Below, piece after piece: positions 1-7,613 of a stretch of 64,000 nt of DNA; positions within the stretch are counted from its first letter, which is position 1; each line of letters begins with the position of its first letter. Position numbers and translations under genes: made by a program. The notes under the pieces were generated by a model. It saw only the letters and a list, made by a program, of their open reading frames with translations, searched no databases and was not told the DNA's origin. The stretch comes from a virus, in the IMG/VR virus record IMGVR_UViG_3300023174_000118, positions 1 through 64,000 of that record; one strand, 5' to 3'.

Positions 1-102
1 TTTTGCACTTCCGTCCAAAACAACCCATGCTATAAACATTCCTAATAGAGTCCAAAGCTGATCGATCATATCTTGAATTACTTTTTTGATATAGTTAATC
101 AT
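1..102 (-). CDS. small membrane protein, truncated by window edge (MINYIKKVIQDMIDQLWTLLGMFIAWVVLDGSAK...)
   Basis: Manual translation from ATG at 102, overlapping the end of the 865-aa gene; hydrophobic segment; open to window edge. Confidence 0.7.
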   Translation of the reverse strand, partial: MINYIKKVIQDMIDQLWTLLGMFIAWVVLDGSAK

Positions 103-2692
103 TCTTTCTTCTCCTCATTCCTTTGGAGTCACCAGAGGCTCCTCCTCCACCTGAACCACCTGAGTTACCCCCGCCTGAGCGAGAGCCTCCCGTAGATCCT
201 CCAGTGGATGCGCCTGCTACGGCGCCAACAGCATTTAATGCTGCTCCTGTTGCTACGACTGTAGCCACAACCATTTTTGTTGCTTCTTCTCTTTCGCCTT
301 CTGTCATATCCGCACCAATACTGCCAAGTGCTTCTAATGCTGCTCCTGGGTTATTAAATAATTCTGCTGCAAATGCTGCTGGATCTGATATCAATTCTAC
401 TTGTACAGCAACTTCTGCTGTAATAACAACTGCTTCACCATTTTCAGATGTACGAACATCTACTGGTGTATCTGGTGGTAAATCTGCTAATTTAATTCCA
501 GCCTCGGCTACCTGTTCTTTAGTTAGGTTTTCACCTTCTGGAACTGATTGAATTAATGCATCAGCAACAATATCTTTTTCTGCTTCAGATAATTTACCAT
601 CTGAACTGGCCAGTGCAACAATTGCTGCAACATCTTCTTTTGATACTTCTCCATCTGACGCAAGGGCTTTTAACACAGCCTCTTGGTCCGCTATTGAAAC
701 TTTTCCATCTGCTGCTAATGCATCAATTAATTGATCAGTTTCTTTTGCATCAATTTCTCCATCTGCTGACATTGCATCTGCAATATCTGCAACTTCTGTA
801 CTGTCTAATTTACCGTCTGCTAATGCATCATCAACAGTATTGTTTACATCTTCTATTGATCCCGCCTCTGGCTCAATCGCAGGTGGCTCTTCTGCAGGGG
901 GTTCTTCTGCAGGTGGCTCAACCACAGGTGGTTCTTCTGCAGGTGGCTCAACCACAGGTGGTTCTTCTGCAGGTGGTTCAACCGCAGGTGGCTCAACCGC
1001 AGGTGGTTCTTCTGCAGGTGGTTCTTCTGCAGGTGGCTCAACCGCAGGTGGTTCTTCTGCAGGTGGTTCAACCGCAGGTGGCTCAACCGCAGGTGGAGTA
1101 GGAGCTGGTGCAGGTGCTGGAATTACATTAATTACTGTTTGTGCCTCTGCAATTATTGCAGGTGCAGTAGTTACTTTTTCTACTGCTGTAGAAACAATTG
1201 CAAGATCTGCTACTTTTGCAGTTAATATTGTATTTGCTGTTGCTAATGCAGTCACAGTATTTTGTGAAACTGTTGCAATAGGAGCAATTACTGTATTTGT
1301 ATTTATTGTATTTGCTGCTACAACTGCTGTAATTGCTGAGTTTAATGTAGCAATTTGTGCATTTGCCGTATCAATTGCTGCCAATACTGTTGCATTGTCT
1401 GGATCAGGGGTAGGAGTAAATGCGGAGCCCTGAGTAATTGTTCCAGTAAAACCTGTTGTGGTGCTTGTATTAGCAATAGCTGTTACGGCACCCCCAGCTG
1501 TCTCTCTTACGTTAAACCTAGCACCATTTGGTATTGGCCCAGTCACACTTACATCTGCTTGCCATGCGCCATCTGCTGGGTTTACATCTGCATTAAATCT
1601 AATTTGAGTCATTTGAGTATCAGCAGTTCTTAAAGGATATACACGAACATCCCAAGCAACTGAAAGGGTGTTAGTTGTTGTTGAGTAGGTAACTCCAGAG
1701 CCATTACTCCATGTAGTCCAATCATATCCCGCTACAGAAATAGAAGGTGCATTAGGAGTAGAATAATAATTTGGGCCCTCATTTACACCAAAAGTAATAG
1801 TAGCATTAGATCCAACATAAACATTATTATATGTAACTCCGCCCATCTGTAAATTAAATGGAAGGTTCATTCGAACACCAGCATCGTCTACATTGGATAA
1901 AACATTTGTGGTTGTACCAATAGTTGCTGCAAGGGCATTAACTGCATCTTGAGCATTATTAATTGCTACGTTTGCTTGAGTTAATTGTGTTTGAGCCTCT
2001 GTTCGTGCAGGTGTTATTGCTGCTACTGCCGTGGTTGCCGTTGCAACTGTAGCTGTGGCAGTATCTACAGATGTTTGTGCTGTTTGAATTAAAGTAGTTG
2101 CTGTCTCTGATTGTGCAACTTCTACCGCAATTGCAGTTGCTACCTGAGTAACCGTAGTTGGCGCTTCTGTCATTAAGGGAGTTGCTGTGGCTATAACTGT
2201 AGACGTTGCTGATTCAATTACAGGTACTGCTGCAGTAATTACTGCCTGTGCTGTAATTACTTCTGGTGTTTGAGTTGTAGATGTTACTGGAATTGCAGCC
2301 ACTGCCTGTGTGACAGATGCTATTGTTGATGTAACTGTTTGAACAACTGTTGTTGCTGTTTCTACGGCTGAGGATACATTTGATACTTCTGCTACCGCAG
2401 CCGTCGCTGCTGCTACCGCTGTATTTGCTGCTGCTACGGCTGTATTAGATGCTGTTACCGCTTGCACAGCTGTTGCTATTGTTACTGTTGCTGTATCCGA
2501 TGCAGCTGCGGCTTGTGCAACTTCTGTCGTTGCAGTTGCGATTGCTGTATTGACCGCTTGTTGTGCTGGGCTTACAACAACTTGCTCTGAGGGGGCTGGT
2601 GGCTCATTAGCATTAGCAAAGTTAGGGCTAAAAAGGAAAAGCCAGCCGATTATAAAAAGGCTGGTAAAAAAATACTTTAGCTTTCTAGTCAA
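95..2692 (-). CDS. large secreted/membrane-anchored surface protein (signal peptide, Ala/Thr-rich stalk, NIDO-like beta domain, EPP repeats, EF-hand-like repeats, C-terminal hydrophobic segment)
   Basis: 865-aa ORF, TTG start with AGGAG upstream; N-terminal basic plus hydrophobic stretch ending ANA; motif DDAGVRMNLPFNLQMGGVTYNNVYVGSNATITFG; basic tail MRRRK. Confidence 0.75.
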   Translation of the reverse strand: MTRKLKYFFTSLFIIGWLFLFSPNFANANEPPAPSEQVVVSPAQQAVNTAIATATTEVAQAAAASDTATVTIATAVQAVTASNTAVAAANTAVAAATAAVAEVSNVSSAVETATTVVQTVTSTIASVTQAVAAIPVTSTTQTPEVITAQAVITAAVPVIESATSTVIATATPLMTEAPTTVTQVATAIAVEVAQSETATTLIQTAQTSVDTATATVATATTAVAAITPARTEAQTQLTQANVAINNAQDAVNALAATIGTTTNVLSNVDDAGVRMNLPFNLQMGGVTYNNVYVGSNATITFGVNEGPNYYSTPNAPSISVAGYDWTTWSNGSGVTYSTTTNTLSVAWDVRVYPLRTADTQMTQIRFNADVNPADGAWQADVSVTGPIPNGARFNVRETAGGAVTAIANTSTTTGFTGTITQGSAFTPTPDPDNATVLAAIDTANAQIATLNSAITAVVAANTINTNTVIAPIATVSQNTVTALATANTILTAKVADLAIVSTAVEKVTTAPAIIAEAQTVINVIPAPAPAPTPPAVEPPAVEPPAEEPPAVEPPAEEPPAEEPPAVEPPAVEPPAEEPPVVEPPAEEPPVVEPPAEEPPAEEPPAIEPEAGSIEDVNNTVDDALADGKLDSTEVADIADAMSADGEIDAKETDQLIDALAADGKVSIADQEAVLKALASDGEVSKEDVAAIVALASSDGKLSEAEKDIVADALIQSVPEGENLTKEQVAEAGIKLADLPPDTPVDVRTSENGEAVVITAEVAVQVELISDPAAFAAELFNNPGAALEALGSIGADMTEGEREEATKMVVATVVATGAALNAVGAVAGASTGGSTGGSRSGGGNSGGSGGGGASGDSKGMRRRKND
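870..1096 (-). repeat. 15-bp coding tandem repeat, about 15 units, encoding (A/V)(V/E)EPP
   Basis: Repeated gcaggtggttcttct / gcaggtggctcaacc units visible on the + strand. Confidence 0.95.
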
Positions 2693-2734
2693 TTAGGATC
2701 TCCTAAGTAAAACAATATTTTTGTTTACTTAGTA

Positions 2735-2743
2735 ATTATAGCA
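2735..2743 (-). promoter_or_regulatory. extended -10 promoter TGCTATAAT for the surface protein gene
   Basis: TGnTATAAT in an intergenic gap; same motif recurs at many gene starts. Confidence 0.65.
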
Positions 2744-2758
2744 GAGTGTTAGTTTAAA

Positions 2759-2947
2759 TTACTTAGGATTATCTGTTTTATAAAAGCCATTACCTTTAAA
2801 CTGTATACCAAATGGAGTAAAGTGTCTTGTCATTTCTGAATCACATTCTACACATGTATAACCTGGATCTTCATCTTTAATTGATCTATGCGTTGACATT
2901 GTTGGATGTGCATCATCATATGAGCACTTGTATTCGTATACTGGCAT
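2759..2947 (-). CDS. FmdB-family zinc-ribbon protein
   Basis: MPVYEYKC...C-x2-C...FKGNGFYKTD signature. Confidence 0.85.
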   Translation of the reverse strand: MPVYEYKCSYDDAHPTMSTHRSIKDEDPGYTCVECDSEMTRHFTPFGIQFKGNGFYKTDNPK

Positions 2948-2967
2948 TACCTATCCTTTAATTATAG

Positions 2968-3048
2968 TGAGCAGTTTAAGGACTTACTCAGGTCCATCCT
3001 GCGGGTAACGGCCCGCTATCTGCGACTCCCCAGTGACGGGGTGCAGAT
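2968..3048 (-). ncRNA. candidate structured RNA: two hairpins plus H-type pseudoknot
   Basis: GC-rich intergenic island; stems AUCUGC/GCAGAU with CCCC/GGGG, GCGGG/CCCGC, and pseudoknot GGAC/GUCC with UGAGUA/UGCUCA; TATAAT at 3053-3058 upstream. Confidence 0.55.
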
Positions 3049-3060
3049 TTCTATTATACC

Positions 3061-3486
3061 TTACTTGATTTTAATTGTTTTAGGCTTCTTTTCTTCTGGA
3101 ACAACTCGTTCTACAAAAATATTAAGAAGACCGTTTTCTAAAGAAGCATTTGTAACTTCCATATACTCACCTAATGCAAAGGTGCGAGTAAACTTCCTGG
3201 CAGCAATTCCTTTATGAACTACATGCTTTGGAGCATCCTCTGTAAGATCTTTTCTTTCACCTTTAACCACGAGTGTTCCATTATCAACTTGAACCGAGAT
3301 GTCTTCTTTGCCAAAACCAGCTACTGCTAGAGTGACAACGTATTCATCATCATCATGTTGAAAAACATCATATGGTGGATAAGATTCGTGAATTGCTTCC
3401 CGATGTATATTATTAAGACGGGCTAAGTCTCTATTAAAGCCAATAAAAAATGGATCATTAAATAGATCCATGAATTGTGTTACCAT
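3061..3486 (-). CDS. hsp20: small heat shock protein Hsp20/IbpA family
   Basis: YPPYD, LAVAGF, HKGIAARKFTRTF, LENGLLNI and PEEKKPKTIKIK alpha-crystallin motifs. Confidence 0.95.
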   Translation of the reverse strand: MVTQFMDLFNDPFFIGFNRDLARLNNIHREAIHESYPPYDVFQHDDDEYVVTLAVAGFGKEDISVQVDNGTLVVKGERKDLTEDAPKHVVHKGIAARKFTRTFALGEYMEVTNASLENGLLNIFVERVVPEEKKPKTIKIK

Positions 3487-3488
3487 TA

Positions 3489-3557
3489 TATTCCCCTTTC
3501 AAGCGAATAAATTAATATATGGACCCTCTAATGAGCGATCCATATATTATTATAGCA
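3489..3557 (-). promoter_or_regulatory. hsp20 extended -10 promoter and ROSE-like RNA thermometer leader
   Basis: TGCTATAAT at 3549-3557; hairpin UAUUCGCUU-GAA-AGGGGAAUA occludes the SD; upstream hairpin also contains UCGCU with a bulged G. Confidence 0.55.
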
Positions 3558-3574
3558 AAATATTTATATCTTGT

Positions 3575-3979
3575 CTACTTCTTTTTAGCCCTTACTTTAG
3601 CAAGTGCTTCAAAGTCCTTTACCTTGGTATCTCCTAGGTATCCCCAGGCATATCCATCGGAAATCATTTGTTCATTGACTGATATTTTAGATCCATCTAG
3701 GAATAGCCATCCAAGGATACGCCCGTATTTTTCTGATGAGTCCATTTTTTCTGTCTTAATGACAACATCTTTAGCATCTTTAATCTTAGACTTTACATAC
3801 TCTTTAGCCTCAAGCCCCAAAACTTTTTCGGCTTTATTTGTTGTTCTGCTTTCTGGAGTATCAATTCCAGCCAACCTAACTCTTGAGCTAAAAGATATGT
3901 CAAAACCTAGATCAATTTCTACGTCTATTGTATCTCCATCTACGACGTTAGTTACTTTTTTAACGTGATATTCGTACAT
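3575..3979 (-). CDS. thermonuclease (SNase-like) family nuclease
   Basis: VVDGDTI, RVRLAGIDTPE and KYGRILG motifs; start placed at MYEY (TAATG coupling to upstream gene). Confidence 0.9.
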   Translation of the reverse strand: MYEYHVKKVTNVVDGDTIDVEIDLGFDISFSSRVRLAGIDTPESRTTNKAEKVLGLEAKEYVKSKIKDAKDVVIKTEKMDSSEKYGRILGWLFLDGSKISVNEQMISDGYAWGYLGDTKVKDFEALAKVRAKKK

Positions 3980-4521
3980 TACTTCTTCTTTACGGTTGCT
4001 TTTACTGTAGCCGCCTTTGGTGCCGCAGCATCCCAATCTGGACGAGCAACTGACATTACTAGGCTATACGCTCTTTTCTTAAGGAATACCCCATCACCAT
4101 TTGCTTGTGATCCTTTTGAGTCTCCACTAGTATTTCCTTCATAACAATGTAAGTTTTTGCCATCATTCTTTACAACAATACCAACATGTTCTGTATCTGT
4201 GGGAGTCTTATCAAAGTTAAAAAATACTACATCTCCAGCTTGAGCTTGCCCAATTGGAACAATTCTTTTGTTTTTTGCAAACCATTGTGCTCCTGCATCG
4301 CATGACGCAAAGCCTTTCTTTGTAGAAGCTGCAACTAGATGAACTAGTCCCGCATCATCAAAGCATCCTGAAACAAACATAGCGCACCATGGTTGATTAT
4401 TCATTCCATAACGCTTTCCAAAAATTGTATCGTTATTAGTTCCTTCTGTGTACTTCTCATCAGCATATTTCTTAGCCGCTGCTAATACCTTTGCTGCATT
4501 TGAGTGAATTACTTCTGCCAT
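3979..4521 (-). CDS. CHAP-domain endolysin / peptidoglycan hydrolase
   Basis: QPWCAMFVS (Cys), GDVVFF, HVGIV (His), EGNT motifs; Lys/Ala-rich tail. Confidence 0.88.
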   Translation of the reverse strand: MAEVIHSNAAKVLAAAKKYADEKYTEGTNNDTIFGKRYGMNNQPWCAMFVSGCFDDAGLVHLVAASTKKGFASCDAGAQWFAKNKRIVPIGQAQAGDVVFFNFDKTPTDTEHVGIVVKNDGKNLHCYEGNTSGDSKGSQANGDGVFLKKRAYSLVMSVARPDWDAAAPKAATVKATVKKK

Positions 4522-4531
4522 TTTATTCTCC

Positions 4532-4975
4532 TTAGTTTACGGATGTCTTTAGTGAGGCTGACAATTGCCATGACCAAAACTGATGTTGATCAATTCTTTC
4601 TGCAATAAAGTTTGCAAGTCCTTGTTCATTTCCCGCATCTGCCATTTCAAAAGCATCTTTTAAATCTTTAATTATTTGATTATTGGAATCAAGTAAATTT
4701 CTAAGCATTTCCAAAGGTGACGTTGTTGGAAAATCATATTTTACGTTAGAAGCCTGTAGTATTTCATCAATTTGAAATGGTGCATACGCTCCAAGTTTTC
4801 TTGACCATTCTGCATAAGTATCAATTGATTCAAATACGTCTTCATAAATTTCTAAAAAGAATGCATGAAGTTGTTTAAACAAAATGCCTTCCACGTTCCA
4901 GTGATATCCGTGTGTTTTTGTATAAAATACAAAAGCATTAGATTGTAGTTGCTTGAGTTTATTTAATAGATCCAT
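4532..4975 (-). CDS. dps: Dps / ferritin-like DNA-protection protein
   Basis: KTHGYHWNVEG..F.QLH..F.E.YE...ID..AE Dps signature. Confidence 0.93.
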   Translation of the reverse strand: MDLLNKLKQLQSNAFVFYTKTHGYHWNVEGILFKQLHAFFLEIYEDVFESIDTYAEWSRKLGAYAPFQIDEILQASNVKYDFPTTSPLEMLRNLLDSNNQIIKDLKDAFEMADAGNEQGLANFIAERIDQHQFWSWQLSASLKTSVN

Positions 4976-4981
4976 AATCCT

Positions 4982-4990
4982 AGTATACCA
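4982..4990 (-). promoter_or_regulatory. extended -10 promoter TGGTATACT, probably leaderless dps mRNA
   Basis: -10 hexamer ends 6 nt before the ATG. Confidence 0.6.
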
Positions 4991-5002
4991 TTTCTTTATT
5001 TG

Positions 5003-5073
5003 AGCGGATGATCAGAATCGAACTGACCCCTTCTGCTTGGAAGGCAGAGGCACTACCAATATGCAACATCCGC
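5003..5073 (-). tRNA. tRNA-Gly(TCC)
   Basis: Cloverleaf GCGGATG...CATCCGC, anticodon loop CTTCCAA, T-loop GTTCGATT; followed by TCAA (no encoded CCA). Confidence 0.93.
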
Positions 5074-5077
5074 ATTG

Positions 5078-5150
5078 CGCCGTCGGCAGGAATCGAACCT
5101 GCGACCAAGACCTTAGAAGAGTCCTGCTCTATCCCCTGAGCTACGAAGGC
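5078..5150 (-). tRNA. tRNA-Arg(TCT)
   Basis: D-stem GCTC/GAGC, anticodon loop CTTCTAA, GGTTCGATTCC T-arm; one U-C mismatch in the acceptor stem. Confidence 0.9.
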
Positions 5151-5156
5151 ATTCCT

Positions 5157-5468
5157 TTAATCGTTTGGAATATCTTCCTCATGCATATTAATCTCTACCA
5201 AGCCTAACTCTTTTGCCATTTCATGGCCTTCTTCTGACATTTCTATTGTTGCTTCAAGGTTATCATTATATGTAACCTTTATTAATCCCGCCTCATATAG
5301 CTGAACCAATGACCTATCTACATGCTCTTGATGGGCTTCCCATAATTCTGGAGCAATGTATTTTGCTTTTTCTGTAATCTGGAAAATAAATTCTCCATGC
5401 TCATCCATACCTGCCAACTCAACTGCACCCATCTCTAGGTACCTTGATAGTTTCTCGTCATCATCCAT
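5157..5468 (-). CDS. hypothetical phage protein (acidic, possible winged helix)
   Basis: 103-aa ORF with AAGGAG SD, located between tRNAs. Confidence 0.75.
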   Translation of the reverse strand: MDDDEKLSRYLEMGAVELAGMDEHGEFIFQITEKAKYIAPELWEAHQEHVDRSLVQLYEAGLIKVTYNDNLEATIEMSEEGHEMAKELGLVEINMHEEDIPND

Positions 5469-5480
5469 GCGATCTCCTTG

Positions 5481-5554
5481 TGCAACAAGTAGGACTTGAA
5501 CCTACGATTACCGAATTATGAGTTCGGGGCTTTAACCAACTAAGCTATTGTTGC
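5481..5554 (-). tRNA. tRNA with CAT anticodon (elongator Met or Ile2; not initiator)
   Basis: GCAACAA/TTGTTGC acceptor, CCGAA-CTCATAA-TTCGG anticodon arm, GGTTCAAGTCC; paired 1:72 and no three consecutive G-C pairs in the anticodon stem. Confidence 0.9.
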
Positions 5555-5562
5555 TTAGTGAT

Positions 5563-5814
5563 CTATTGTATCGTGCCATCTTCATTCTTGTCAATAGTTT
5601 CTTCTACTATTTGCTGAACATATTCAGAAAAATGTTTTCTAATATTTCCCATTGGCCTATGCCCAGCAGATTTCCATATTCTCTTATATTCAATTACATT
5701 AGCAAATGTAGTTGGGCATAAAACTATCCCACTATATTCTTTTAGTACTGTTGGCAGTGGAACATGCTTGCCACAGCATTTACATTCTTTAGCTTTTTCT
5801 TGATATGTACTCAT
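5563..5814 (-). CDS. hypothetical Cys-containing protein
   Basis: 83-aa ORF overlapping terL stop; CKCCG motif. Confidence 0.7.
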   Translation of the reverse strand: MSTYQEKAKECKCCGKHVPLPTVLKEYSGIVLCPTTFANVIEYKRIWKSAGHRPMGNIRKHFSEYVQQIVEETIDKNEDGTIQ

Positions 5815-7613
5815 ATTATTGTCATCCTGTCCATTGCATCTCTTAAGTTTTCTGGCATTCTTGGTGCCCTTATCATATTATATGAGCTGGTTTCTCCGTC
5901 ATTTTTTGTTCCAAAGTCGTTGTCATAACTCATGGACTCATAGGTATGTATATTTATTTCTTCATTTGTATCAAATTTACTTCTGCTAATAGCATTGTAA
6001 ATAGCTCCACAAACTGCATCCGCCAAGTCTTTTGAACCTTTTCTTGGGTGGTCAACCCTATCTCTCATTATCTTAAGCTGAAGTAATTCATCTATAAGCA
6101 ATTGTATATGTGGTCCAGATAATCTTTCTTCTGCTACGATCATAGCCATATCGTCATAATGTTTTTTAGCGACAGATAGAATTTCTGTATTGATGCCGTA
6201 TTGTTTTAGTTGTTGCATCATATCGTGAGAGTTCCATCTGTCAAAGGTGCAGACACGAATTTTAAATCCTCGTGTTTTTAATGAAAGAATATAATCTTTT
6301 ACTTCAGTAAAGTCTACTGATTTATCTTTTGTTGGTGTCCAGAATCTTACTGCATCTATCTCAACTATGGGAGCTGGCTGGGAATATGTATCAGTAACTT
6401 TAATGTTGACCCATTTATTTACATGTCCCATTGCAACTGCACAATGATCGTGCTTTTGAGCAAGGTCAACGTGTATAAAATATTCTTTGTCTGGATCTGG
6501 AATAAACCAGTCTTCAAGTCTGCCAAAATTATCTACTGCAAAGTGTGCTTTATTAAAAGCCTTTTCAACTTTCTCTCTTGATTTAAAAAATGCGTCTACA
6601 GCATCTGGTGGCATACATGCAAATCTAGATAAAGCATCCGTAGGGTTTGTAAAGAATGCTACTTTAAAATCATCAATCTTTCTTACTGGATTAACTTCCC
6701 ATGTGGGTCTTTTAAGAGCATACACTCTAGGTATTTTATATGAAAGAATATGGTCTTCTTCCCATTCAACACTGAATTCGTTTCCTTGTGTTCCATCTGG
6801 CAAGTCTTCGTCCATCTTAAAATTATGATCACGAATAATAGTTTCTTTGTCCGCTACTACAGCATTGTATCTTTGTTGTATATAATCGTTTTTATATCTA
6901 GGAAATGACAGCAGGATTACTTTGCCAAAATCTGGAAAACGAGAGTCTACTGATGCACGGTACATATCATATATAGCTGCGCCTGTCTTTGCCTGCTCGT
7001 GACCTGTTGTATTATCAATGGCAAATCCTGAAATTTCATCAAGTATAACAACAATTACGTTATAGCCTTCCCACGCTTCACGCTCTGAGTGACCTGAGTG
7101 TACTGTAATAGCTTTATCAAATTTAACTTCTGAGGCCTTGTCATTATACTTTCCAGCAAACCAAGGTGACTTATCGATGCGTGTTTTAAACCCTTTGAAG
7201 AACACGTTGCTTGCCTGTTGAGAGTTAATAGCAATGTTAATAATATCAATGCTATCTCCTGGAGGCTTTCCGTAATATGTGGCTGGATCCTTAAGGCATA
7301 ATAGCAAATATACTATATAGGATACTGCAATAGTTGAGCAATAATCTTTTCCCGACCCTTTTCCTAATTGAGCAACTACTTCGTTAGCAGTTTGCTTAAA
7401 CCTTATTCTTCCTTCTTCTTCTCCAAATAGCTTGATAAGCGTTGACTCTTTATAAATCTGGGAACTTTTTTCGATAAGCGTGTACTGATAGTCGGAAAGT
7501 TCTGGAAGCCCAAGGTATTCTGGACTTCTAACAAACGTTTTAAGATCGACTGGTTTCTCATCGAACTCCTCTCCATCGAGCATATCGATAAGATCGGTAA
7601 AATCAAACGACAT
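5811..7613 (-). CDS. terL: terminase large subunit
   Basis: Walker A GKGSGKD, Walker B VILDE, nuclease domain HVDLA...FDRWNS...KDLADA. Confidence 0.93.
   Translation of the reverse strand: MSFDFTDLIDMLDGEEFDEKPVDLKTFVRSPEYLGLPELSDYQYTLIEKSSQIYKESTLIKLFGEEEGRIRFKQTANEVVAQLGKGSGKDYCSTIAVSYIVYLLLCLKDPATYYGKPPGDSIDIINIAINSQQASNVFFKGFKTRIDKSPWFAGKYNDKASEVKFDKAITVHSGHSEREAWEGYNVIVVILDEISGFAIDNTTGHEQAKTGAAIYDMYRASVDSRFPDFGKVILLSFPRYKNDYIQQRYNAVVADKETIIRDHNFKMDEDLPDGTQGNEFSVEWEEDHILSYKIPRVYALKRPTWEVNPVRKIDDFKVAFFTNPTDALSRFACMPPDAVDAFFKSREKVEKAFNKAHFAVDNFGRLEDWFIPDPDKEYFIHVDLAQKHDHCAVAMGHVNKWVNIKVTDTYSQPAPIVEIDAVRFWTPTKDKSVDFTEVKDYILSLKTRGFKIRVCTFDRWNSHDMMQQLKQYGINTEILSVAKKHYDDMAMIVAEERLSGPHIQLLIDELLQLKIMRDRVDHPRKGSKDLADAVCGAIYNAISRSKFDTNEEINIHTYESMSYDNDFGTKNDGETSSYNMIRAPRMPENLRDAMDRMTII

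Noticed and set aside
870-1096. Possible CRISPR array
   Set aside because: Contiguous 15-bp units with no unique spacers, in frame within a CDS
2968-3000. Hammerhead or HDV-like ribozyme reading of CUGAGUA
   Set aside because: No CUGANGA/GAAA core or nested double pseudoknot; a simple H-type pseudoknot explains the pairing
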